Positions 8,257 through 16,268 of a stretch of 34,025 nucleotides of DNA are shown here, one piece after another. The stretch comes from Methanosarcinales archaeon (GTDB lineage: Archaea > Halobacteriota > Syntropharchaeia > Alkanophagales > Methanospirareceae). The notes beneath the pieces are model-generated. The model saw only the letters and a program-made list of their open reading frames with translations, did no database searches and was not told the origin of the DNA. Every line of letters begins with the position of its first letter. Within the stretch, counting starts at the first letter, position 1. The position numbers and the translations under genes were made by a program. The stretch covers positions 1 to 34,025 of the forward strand of contig JAODGR010000080.1 in the NCBI GenBank assembly GCA_025464275.1, read 5' to 3'.

Positions 8257-8278
8257 ACTCCTGTTGGTCTTGAACCAC

Positions 8279-8641
8279 CTAACCTGCTGTGGACGCACAT
8301 ATCCACCATATATTATTGACACAGATGATAGCAGACCAGATGGTGAGAGCGAGTAATGAAAGAGAAGCAGCTTTTCCCACTGCTCGCCTGGAATGCTCCC
8401 CCCTGGCGAGATAGTAAAGCGCGAGATATAGAGAGAGGAGAATAATCGGGATAAATACCTTCACATGGGGTAAAAGAGGGTGATAATAGAAGGGATTCAA
8501 CTCCTGGATGTTGCTCGATGCGGCAAGTGCAATCCTTGTGGTGAGCATGTCGGCGAGATTGAGGAAGAAATAGGGGATACTGTAAATTACCATTCTGGCA
8601 GGATAATCGCTCTGTTCATAATGCTCTCCTCCACTATTCAT
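8279..8641 (-). CDS. Small integral membrane protein (DUF5658-like)
   Basis: Three hydrophobic helices; LNLADMLTT...QELNP resembles the D..TT..E.NP signature of DUF5658. Confidence 0.65.
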   Translation of the reverse strand: MNSGGEHYEQSDYPARMVIYSIPYFFLNLADMLTTRIALAASSNIQELNPFYYHPLLPHVKVFIPIILLSLYLALYYLARGEHSRRAVGKAASLSLLALTIWSAIICVNNIWWICASTAG

Positions 8642-8661
8642 CCTGTGAGATACATTGGTTT

Positions 8662-8681
8662 TGGTATATAAAACCTTTTTG
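8662..8681 (-). promoter_or_regulatory. Putative BRE/TATA promoter of the membrane/surface-protein operon
   Basis: Minus strand reads AAAAAGGTTTTATATACC about 25 nt upstream of ATG 8641. Confidence 0.6.
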
Positions 8682-8832
8682 GTTTTTTTATGCCTGAATC
8701 GCCTCTATTTGTGTTCTAATTGTCTAAAACAATTCAGTACGAGGTTATTCAACCCCTGAGGAGGGGATATATAAAAATGTTGCGGAACTGGTAAACAAAA
8801 TTTACAATATCAATAATGTATGTGGATGATAC

Positions 8833-10200
8833 TTACAGTTTGTATTCCCGACCCTCCTCCGGGGCGGTCACCTCCATATCTAAATCGCTCAGGAATCGTT
8901 TATACAGTTCAGGCTTATCGGTATGTACCAGGAATACCCTCCGTGGTCTTATCCGCTCGATGGTGTGCTTCAACTGGTATGGCAATGCATGCCCGGAGAC
9001 ATGGATGTGGTACTGTGGAACGCCAAATCGCTCGAGCCAGTTCAATAGCTTGGTGTAATCTATCTCCATCTCCTCGTTGAATGGCTCACTCTGGGAGAGT
9101 ATGTAGGTACTCCCCGGAGCCGGCTTTATCGCTATCAGTTCATTCATATCATAAAAGCTCGTTATCAATATCAGCTCCTCCTGCTGGTGCTCCACATCCT
9201 CTGCTGTTATCACATTGCTGTTAACCGATAGTAGCTCATCCTCCCAGGGCGAATATCGGCGCTTGTCCCTCCTGAATATCAGCACATCGGGATCATCGAG
9301 CGAGAAGATGGAGAGATGCGGGTCAGATTCGAGTGTGTGTAGCAGATATGCCTGTTTCATGGATATTGCAAGTCTGCGCCCGGTTGCCTTCGCTGCTTTA
9401 TAGAACGACCTCAAGCGGTCTATATCATTTATGGCGAACCCAGCCATCGATAACCCCCTGGTGTGCCCGATCACCTCTATAATCTTCGTCTCCACCTCCT
9501 TCTCACTTGATACCTTTGCATTCACGATGTTCGTACCTTCTATGATCAGTGCCTCCGGCTCTGACTCCATAGCGGCGGTGATGAACTCATCCGTCATCTC
9601 CTGCCTGGGACCATGCATTCTGAAATCGCCGGTATAAACTACGTTACCCGCTGTAGTCTCCAGTATAAGTCCGTAAGCACCGGGTACCGAATGGTCTACA
9701 TGTATCGGCTTAACAGGGATGGGGCACGGAGGTGGAGATCCGGTTCGGAAGGTGATGAACCTTTTGAATACGGTCATACCAGAGGATCTGGTGTACTTAG
9801 CAATCTGATAGCCAGAAATAACACTGGAACCGCTCAGTTCCCTTGCAAGTATTATCCCCTCCGTCGCTTCGCCACAGATGATGGGTATATCGTCCCGCAC
9901 ATACCTGATATACCCGTAATGGTCGAGGTGTGGATGAGAGAGCAGGATGGCATCAATCGGTGCGGGAGCTTCTACCTCCTCCTCCACCTCCGTTTTGTAT
10001 AGCCCCTTCAAAGGCGGCAGAATGCCAAGAGCCAGGAGGTGGTTCTCATTTCGTGGCTGTAAATACGGCGGTTCATAATATCTCCGCTCCTTCTCGAAGT
10101 TCATTCCAAAGTCGAGGAATATCCTGGTGGTGCCATCCTCGAGCAGGACCTTGTTACCCCCTATCTCACCGACACCGCCGTAAAAAGTGAGTCCTGTCAC
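8833..10200 (-). CDS. MBL-fold beta-CASP ribonuclease (RNase J/COG0595-like)
   Basis: GGVGEIGGN, LDFG, SHPHLDH, VDHS, YTGDFR, EGT, HVSGHA and VH motifs. Confidence 0.85.
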   Translation of the reverse strand: MTGLTFYGGVGEIGGNKVLLEDGTTRIFLDFGMNFEKERRYYEPPYLQPRNENHLLALGILPPLKGLYKTEVEEEVEAPAPIDAILLSHPHLDHYGYIRYVRDDIPIICGEATEGIILARELSGSSVISGYQIAKYTRSSGMTVFKRFITFRTGSPPPCPIPVKPIHVDHSVPGAYGLILETTAGNVVYTGDFRMHGPRQEMTDEFITAAMESEPEALIIEGTNIVNAKVSSEKEVETKIIEVIGHTRGLSMAGFAINDIDRLRSFYKAAKATGRRLAISMKQAYLLHTLESDPHLSIFSLDDPDVLIFRRDKRRYSPWEDELLSVNSNVITAEDVEHQQEELILITSFYDMNELIAIKPAPGSTYILSQSEPFNEEMEIDYTKLLNWLERFGVPQYHIHVSGHALPYQLKHTIERIRPRRVFLVHTDKPELYKRFLSDLDMEVTAPEEGREYKL

Positions 10201-10697
10201 CTCTCAACCATCCCCCTCGCTCTCCGTGATTTGATATACGCAATCAGTCCACCACTTGCCAGCAGTTGCTGCATGAATTCTGGCAGAGGTTTGAACCTGT
10301 ATTCCACTCCTCTCTTTAGGTCTGTTATCACTCCTGTATCAAAACTTATCTTCAGCTCATCCCCATCCTCTATCCGCTCGTAGAAGTCACTCTCCACCTC
10401 TATCACCGGCAGACCGATGTTTATGGCGTTTCTGAAGAATATCCGTGCGAAGCTCTTTGCAATTACAGCGCGTATACCGGCGCCGAGTAATGCCCGTGGT
10501 GCATGCTCACGCGAGCTACCACACCCGAAATTGGCACCTGCTACGATTATATCGCCTTCTTGCACCTCCTCACTGAATTCCGGACGCACCTTTGCGAAGG
10601 CATGTTTAGCTAACTCCTTCGCATCACCTGTGGTAAGATATTCCGCCGGTATTATCTGATCGGTATCTATATCATTACCGAATTTCCATACCCTCAT
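10197..10697 (-). CDS. leuD: 3-isopropylmalate dehydratase / homoaconitase small subunit (LeuD/DmdB/HacB family)
   Basis: DIDTDQIIPAEYL, NFGCGSSREHA and SFARIFFRNAINIGLP. Start at ATG 10697 or TTG 10709. Confidence 0.9.
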   Translation of the reverse strand: MRVWKFGNDIDTDQIIPAEYLTTGDAKELAKHAFAKVRPEFSEEVQEGDIIVAGANFGCGSSREHAPRALLGAGIRAVIAKSFARIFFRNAINIGLPVIEVESDFYERIEDGDELKISFDTGVITDLKRGVEYRFKPLPEFMQQLLASGGLIAYIKSRRARGMVER

Positions 10698-10803
10698 ACC
10701 TTCATACAAGTGCTATTTCTTATTCTTATTAATTAAAATTAAAGGTTAAGTTAAGAAAGAACGGGTGAGCACGGGGGCACGGGTAAGAACAAGGGTGAAG
10801 AAG

Positions 10804-11388
10804 ATGGTAGAAGGAGAATTCTCGGTAAGTGAATACCTGTATTCGCTCAGATTGTATATCCTCTTTGTATTCGCTTTTTTCATATGTTCCGCACTCATCG
10901 GGTACCTTGGCTTTCTTAACGGGCTATTCAATACAGCTATGAGCTGGATAGAACAGCTGAGCGAGAATGTGAAGGATTTCAGCGATTCTTACCCCATCGG
11001 TGTCACATTCCTCCTGTTCTTCTTCGTGATATTACTCAATAACGCCTTCACATGCTTCATTGATATCCTGCTTGGACCTTTAGCAGGTATATTCCCGCTG
11101 TTCTCTGATTTCGTCAATGGAGGGCTTGTGGGCTGGTTTGCACAGAAGGAAGGATTGATCATCCTCATAGGGATCATTCCGCACGGGATATTCGAGATAC
11201 CGGCGTTCCTGATATCAGCAGCAATTGGAGTGAGACTGGGGCGTGAAGTATTCAGAAGAAGGGGGGAGAGGGATGTGAGAGGTGAATTGGGGAAGGGTCT
11301 AAAGGTGTTCCTCATCCTTGTATTACCGCTTCTCGTGATTGCTGCCGTTATTGAATCGCTTTTAATCACGATATCGCTACAGATCTGA
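10804..11388 (+). CDS. SpoIIM/DUF95-family membrane protein
   Basis: Multiple TM helices with ILLNN, NG, IIPHGIFEIPA and AAVIES motifs. Start at ATG 10804 or GTG 10765. Confidence 0.85.
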   Translation: MVEGEFSVSEYLYSLRLYILFVFAFFICSALIGYLGFLNGLFNTAMSWIEQLSENVKDFSDSYPIGVTFLLFFFVILLNNAFTCFIDILLGPLAGIFPLFSDFVNGGLVGWFAQKEGLIILIGIIPHGIFEIPAFLISAAIGVRLGREVFRRRGERDVRGELGKGLKVFLILVLPLLVIAAVIESLLITISLQI

Positions 11389-11395
11389 GGCAGAG

Positions 11396-12082
11396 ATGAG
11401 AGTTCAGGAAGGTGTGTACTGGTACAGGGAGAAGGGACCGTTTGATGCGAATACATACGTGATAGAGGATGAGCTCACACTCATGATAGACCCCGGGTTG
11501 CGGGATTATCTCAAACTGCGACTTGAGGAGATGGAGAGGGACAATATGAGCATGGAGAGAGTGGATATTGTGATGATTACCCATCTTCATCCAGACCATT
11601 ACGATGCAGTAGCGGTTCTGAAGGAGAACTACGACCTCAGGGTGGCATTGCACACATCGCAACTGGCATATCTGGAGCCCATGATAGAGGAAGCAGCGAG
11701 GTTCTTCGGTATGCCTGCCCGCTCCAGACTCGCGTTCTGTGCGGATATGGAGATAAAGGATGTGCTGAGATTAGGGGACCGGCATGAATTGCAGGTCATC
11801 CACACACCCGGGCATTCACCGGATAGTATATGCCTGTATTCACCCGGTGGGAAGTTCCTGGTCTCGGGCGACCTGGTGTTTGAGCATGGTGTGGGTAGGA
11901 CGGACCTGCCTTTCGGTAACGAAGAAGAGCTTATAAGATCCATCCACCGGATATCGCTACTGGAGACCGAGCTGCTACTCACAGGTCATGGTAGCATCAT
12001 AAAAGGGCGGGCTGGTATAGCGAGTAATTATGAATTCATAAGAAGCTTCTATGGCTATGGCGATAACCTCCGCCAGACATAA
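11396..12082 (+). CDS. MBL-fold metallo-hydrolase (glyoxalase II-like)
   Basis: IDPG, THLHPDH, HTPGHS, SGD, GRTDLP and GHG motifs. Confidence 0.9.
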   Translation: MRVQEGVYWYREKGPFDANTYVIEDELTLMIDPGLRDYLKLRLEEMERDNMSMERVDIVMITHLHPDHYDAVAVLKENYDLRVALHTSQLAYLEPMIEEAARFFGMPARSRLAFCADMEIKDVLRLGDRHELQVIHTPGHSPDSICLYSPGGKFLVSGDLVFEHGVGRTDLPFGNEEELIRSIHRISLLETELLLTGHGSIIKGRAGIASNYEFIRSFYGYGDNLRQT

Positions 12083-12690
12083 AAGAACCGCTGTATAGCG
12101 GTGAAATTACACAGAACAGCGAATATAAGGATGCTCCAGCCAAGGAAGGAGTAGCCGAGGATGCGGTAATGATGCGGGTACAGCCATGTGAGGATGGTTG
12201 CACCGATTATAAGCAATAGTCTGTCTGCTCTGCCCATAATGCCACCGTATATCCGCCCAAGACCCACTGCCTGCGCCTGCGTGCCCATGTATGAGGTGAG
12301 GAGTATCCCAATGATCGCCAGCAAACCCGTCTCCCAGTTCACATAGCCACCAAAGATGATACCACAGATGATGAACATGTCCGCATAACGGTCAATCACG
12401 TGGTCGAGGAAATCACCCCTTTTACTCGCAATGCCCGCCTCACGTGCCAGAACACCGTCAATGGCATCCAGAACTGCATTTATAGCTACAAAGATACCGG
12501 CAACTAACAGGAGTGGATGGTCACCTCTGAGTCCAGCAATGAAGAAGAATAATCCGGCGATAGCAGCAGAGAGCAGAGCAAGGAGTGATAGCATATCCGG
12601 AGAGATGCCTGTTGCAGCGATGAGTTTCGCTATCTTCCTCGATAACCCACAGTTATTCACAACAGGACGGAGTAAGGAATCGATGGTCAT
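12055..12690 (-). CDS. CDP-alcohol phosphatidyltransferase (archaetidylinositol-phosphate synthase-like)
   Basis: Signature DAIDGVLAR...G.FLDHVIDRYAD; multi-TM protein. Confidence 0.9.
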   Translation of the reverse strand: MTIDSLLRPVVNNCGLSRKIAKLIAATGISPDMLSLLALLSAAIAGLFFFIAGLRGDHPLLLVAGIFVAINAVLDAIDGVLAREAGIASKRGDFLDHVIDRYADMFIICGIIFGGYVNWETGLLAIIGILLTSYMGTQAQAVGLGRIYGGIMGRADRLLLIIGATILTWLYPHHYRILGYSFLGWSILIFAVLCNFTAIQRFFYVWRRLSP

Positions 12691-12753
12691 TTCACCGTTG
12701 TAATATGATATACAAACATTTCAAAAGGCTTAAAAAAGCCAACTCCCAGTAGA

Positions 12754-14925
12754 CTAACTCTGCCCGCGGAGCTTGAATGGTGAAAATTCGTGCCCGCCAC
12801 CCTCGTAGAATTTCGTGAACCATTCATAGAAATGCAGCCTGATGGTATGTATACCTGCCATTATCGACTCGAGGAGTATCACCAGTACCGTTCCGAATAG
12901 GAATACCACCGCTGCCATCACCGTCCCCAGTACCGGGATCTGTATCTTCAGGCACATGAAGGTAAAGATGAGGAAGACCTCAATCAGAGCAGCATGACAG
13001 AGTGCAAGCGCGAGAATCCTGCCATAAGAGACGGTATTTGCGAGAAACCTGAAGAAATTCTCCAGCAATGCATCTATAATACCACCGATGAGTATGATCA
13101 GATAATCCATAGCCCCCCTCTCAGCTTCACCACCTTCATGCCTCAACTCCTCCACCACCTTCAGTATGAAGAGTGAGACGATGGGCAAGAGCACGAAGAT
13201 GGTTGCGTTTCTCATCAGCACCGCCGTATTACCCTCCTCCAGCTCCTTGAAATAGAACCCGAAGAGTACCAGCAAGAAGTAAAGGGCACCACCCAAACAC
13301 CATATCTTCATCAGTCCGGCTATCGCTTCCTCTATCTTCTTGGCTCGAACCTGTGTTGTCACATTCAGTATCAGTCCAAGCCCCATGTGCATCGTGCCTA
13401 TCAGAAGGGTGATGACAAAGAAGAGCCTGGGCTGCTCAATGGGCTCAATTGGTGGATGCTTAATGATAATAAGCCATTCTGGGACGTGCATCCCCACAGA
13501 ATCATGAATGAGCTCCTTCGCATACGAACTGAACCCGAAGAATTCACCGAACAGTGCACCCGTAACGAGTGAACAGAATCCGCATAACAGTATAATCACA
13601 CCCATATCACGCATCTCCTCCCCCAACCCCCTGAGACGGGTCAATGCAAGACCCAGGAGCATCAGTATGAAGCCATGCCCTATATCAGGGAACATGAGCC
13701 CGAAGACGATGGGGAAGATGATCGCGGTGATGAGTGTGGGGTCGATATCGCGGTAGAGGGGATGTCCATACAGCTTGATGACCGATTCAAACGACTTTAT
13801 CCATCTCGGATTTCGTAACAGTGAGGGCACTCGCACATCCTCGCGCTCGGGCTTCCTCGCTTCCACTATGGATAACCCGCCCGTCTCAGCCCTCACTCCT
13901 GCGATTACCTCCTCCACCTTCTCCTCGGGCGTCCAGCCCTCAATCACGCGTGCACGTTCACTCTGCCCGAAGAGCGCTTTTACCCTCGCCTTGTTCTCCT
14001 CCATCTGGACAATCTCGCGCATTGCCACCAGCTCATCGAATCTCGATTCCCTCAGCCCCTCCATCTCGCGTTCTTTATCCTCTATATTCTGCCGCAGGGT
14101 TCTTAGCTTCGCGTTGGCACCCTCTATTGCCTCTATGGTACTCTTACAGGGGATATCAATATCTGCCGGATGCCAGTAATCGAAGTTCAGCCGTGTGAGC
14201 ACTTTCTCCACTTCATTACTCTCGCGTTTCATGGCGATGACAATGGTAAATACGGTTTCTTCTGCATGCCTCCCCGTGATGACAAAGTGCCGTTCACCGA
14301 CTGCACTCTCAAGAGCATCCTCCAGCTCTCCTAAATTCGCAATCGGCAGTCTACCAGCGAAGACGGATATGAAATATTTATCTCCCACGAAATCAGGTTC
14401 CAGCCCTAAATCCTTGAATTCCTTTAATACCCCCAGTAATTCCTCTGTATCCCTGTACTTCTCCCTCAGCTCCGTAATCTCATCTGATAACCGGAGCACC
14501 TTCTTCTCCAGCTCACCGAACTCCGCCTCTATCTCACCCAGGCTCCTATCACCCCACTCGCTTTGCTCCACGCTCTCCATTGCCCCTCGCTCATGAGTAT
14601 GAGTACCGCTCGCACCACCGAACAGCCTCTCCTTCAAGCTCTTACGCCTATCTCGACGCTCTGACTCACGCTCTGAGTGTGACTGTGAGTGTGAGTGTAA
14701 CTGTAAGAGAGAGAGGAGGGAATCCATCCGCGTCAGGAGTTCGGATGTCTTCATCAATATCGGGTCCGCTTTTGATGGCTCTATAAGCCCCTCCCAGTCA
14801 TCCATAAACTCCTTTATGTCTGTGAGATGAACGGAGCCAAGCGCATCAATCCGCTTGATCACCCTGTCTAAATCTTCATCCAGAGTGATTATACGCAGCT
14901 CCCGCATCTCCACCGGTCTCAACAT
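12754..14925 (-). CDS. atpI: A/V-type ATP synthase subunit I (a), standalone
   Basis: MLRPVEM start, coiled-coil soluble domain, IEGWTP, IDPT..FPIVFGLMFPDIGHG, conserved Arg in SYGRILAL, and HTIRLHFYEWFTKFY. Confidence 0.92.
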   Translation of the reverse strand: MLRPVEMRELRIITLDEDLDRVIKRIDALGSVHLTDIKEFMDDWEGLIEPSKADPILMKTSELLTRMDSLLSLLQLHSHSQSHSERESERRDRRKSLKERLFGGASGTHTHERGAMESVEQSEWGDRSLGEIEAEFGELEKKVLRLSDEITELREKYRDTEELLGVLKEFKDLGLEPDFVGDKYFISVFAGRLPIANLGELEDALESAVGERHFVITGRHAEETVFTIVIAMKRESNEVEKVLTRLNFDYWHPADIDIPCKSTIEAIEGANAKLRTLRQNIEDKEREMEGLRESRFDELVAMREIVQMEENKARVKALFGQSERARVIEGWTPEEKVEEVIAGVRAETGGLSIVEARKPEREDVRVPSLLRNPRWIKSFESVIKLYGHPLYRDIDPTLITAIIFPIVFGLMFPDIGHGFILMLLGLALTRLRGLGEEMRDMGVIILLCGFCSLVTGALFGEFFGFSSYAKELIHDSVGMHVPEWLIIIKHPPIEPIEQPRLFFVITLLIGTMHMGLGLILNVTTQVRAKKIEEAIAGLMKIWCLGGALYFLLVLFGFYFKELEEGNTAVLMRNATIFVLLPIVSLFILKVVEELRHEGGEAERGAMDYLIILIGGIIDALLENFFRFLANTVSYGRILALALCHAALIEVFLIFTFMCLKIQIPVLGTVMAAVVFLFGTVLVILLESIMAGIHTIRLHFYEWFTKFYEGGGHEFSPFKLRGQS

Positions 14926-14936
14926 CTCTCCACTCC

Positions 14937-15050
14937 GACTTTAGCTTTTAACTTTAACCTTAACCTTAACTTTATACTGGTTCTTTCGACTCTTTTTAAA
15001 AACTTTCGCTTTTCTCTCCTCTCCTCTCTCTCCTCTCCTCTCTCCTCTCA
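14937..15050. repeat. Intergenic microsatellite-like tracts (TTAACC/TTAACT)n and (CTCTC/CT)n
   Basis: tttaactttaaccttaaccttaacttt followed by ctctcctctcctctctctcctctcctctctcctctc upstream of atpI. Confidence 0.75.
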
Positions 15051-15202
15051 CACTCATTCCCCCTAAAGCTGCGCACCTGGCAGTGGCGTCGAGCATCAAA
15101 TCAAATCAAACCAAACTTCATATTTAGAACTGGATGATATTTGATGATTGATCTTGATAGATTAAGTATGGGAGAGGAATAGAACAGGAGGACCCATAGG
15201 AG

Positions 15203-16264
15203 ATGGAGATAGGAGAGAAGAGGGATTTTGGAGACCTGGTGCGAGAAGTGATAGATAAGGGCAAGTGTGCACTCTGTGGTGGCTGTGTAGCTACCTGTCG
15301 CCTGCTTGACCATGGATACCTCAGTATGGACCTCGAGGATGAGCGCCCGGTGATAAAGGAGGGGCAGCAGTGTCCACCCGATTGCGGGTACTGCTATTAT
15401 CAGTGCCCGCGGGTGCAGAAGCCCGAGCTGAAGCAGGGACTGGAGGAGATGTATGAAGTTGTTACGAGAGATGATGAGATAAAAGCGGTCTGTCAGGATG
15501 GAGGAGCGGTTACCTCGATACTCGCTTACGCACTTGATGAGAGTATTGTGGAAGGCTGTATAGGGGTTGTGCTGAGCGACAAGGACTGGAAGCCTGAGGT
15601 ACGGGTGGTAATGGACAGGGCAAGCCTGCTGAAGACTGCAGGGAGCAAGTATACACCCGCAGCAACACTCACCGGTGTTGCCGATGCTATCCTGGACTAT
15701 GACCTCTGGAGTATCGCACTGGTGGGTACGCCGTGTCAGATGTCATCATACGCACGGATGCTTGAGGTTGGACGCGATACGCATAATGCACACAACTTCT
15801 CATCCCATGTCAGACTGCGAATAGGGCTCTTCTGCATGGGCTCTTACAATTATGAGAAGTTGATAAACGAATTCCTCACTGCCAGACATGGCATAAATAT
15901 AGAGGAGGTAACCCGGATGCAGATAAGTGAGAACGTCCTGCATGTGTACTCAGGAGCGGAGGAGCTCTTAAGTACTGGAATCTCTGAGATAGACGCTTAC
16001 AAGCGTGATGGATGCAGGGTATGTGAAGATTTCTCCGCCATGTTCTCAGATATAAGTGTGGGAAATAGCGGCACACCGGAGGGCAAGTCTTCCGTCATCG
16101 TTCGTACCGATTTCGGGAAGGAGGTCTTCGAGGGTGCTCTGGAACGTGGATACATAGAAGCGAAACCGATGGACACCTCCGGGATCGAGCAGATACACAA
16201 ATTGATGAAAGCGAAGAAGGAATCGGGAATCGCGGAGAAGGAGCGGAGGAAGAGGAAGTCGTGA
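15203..16264 (+). CDS. Coenzyme F420 hydrogenase/dehydrogenase beta-subunit family (FrhB/FpoF/FqoF-like) with N-terminal 2x[4Fe-4S]
   Basis: CALCGGCVATC and CPPDCGYCYYQCP ferredoxin motifs; QDGGAVT, GSKY, GTPCQ, IGLFC and GCRVCEDF..SDISVG. Confidence 0.92.
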   Translation: MEIGEKRDFGDLVREVIDKGKCALCGGCVATCRLLDHGYLSMDLEDERPVIKEGQQCPPDCGYCYYQCPRVQKPELKQGLEEMYEVVTRDDEIKAVCQDGGAVTSILAYALDESIVEGCIGVVLSDKDWKPEVRVVMDRASLLKTAGSKYTPAATLTGVADAILDYDLWSIALVGTPCQMSSYARMLEVGRDTHNAHNFSSHVRLRIGLFCMGSYNYEKLINEFLTARHGINIEEVTRMQISENVLHVYSGAEELLSTGISEIDAYKRDGCRVCEDFSAMFSDISVGNSGTPEGKSSVIVRTDFGKEVFEGALERGYIEAKPMDTSGIEQIHKLMKAKKESGIAEKERRKRKS

Positions 16265-16268
16265 TAGA

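Noticed and set aside
15130..15165. C/D box sRNA suggested by TGATGA
   Set aside because: No correctly spaced CTGA D or D' boxes.
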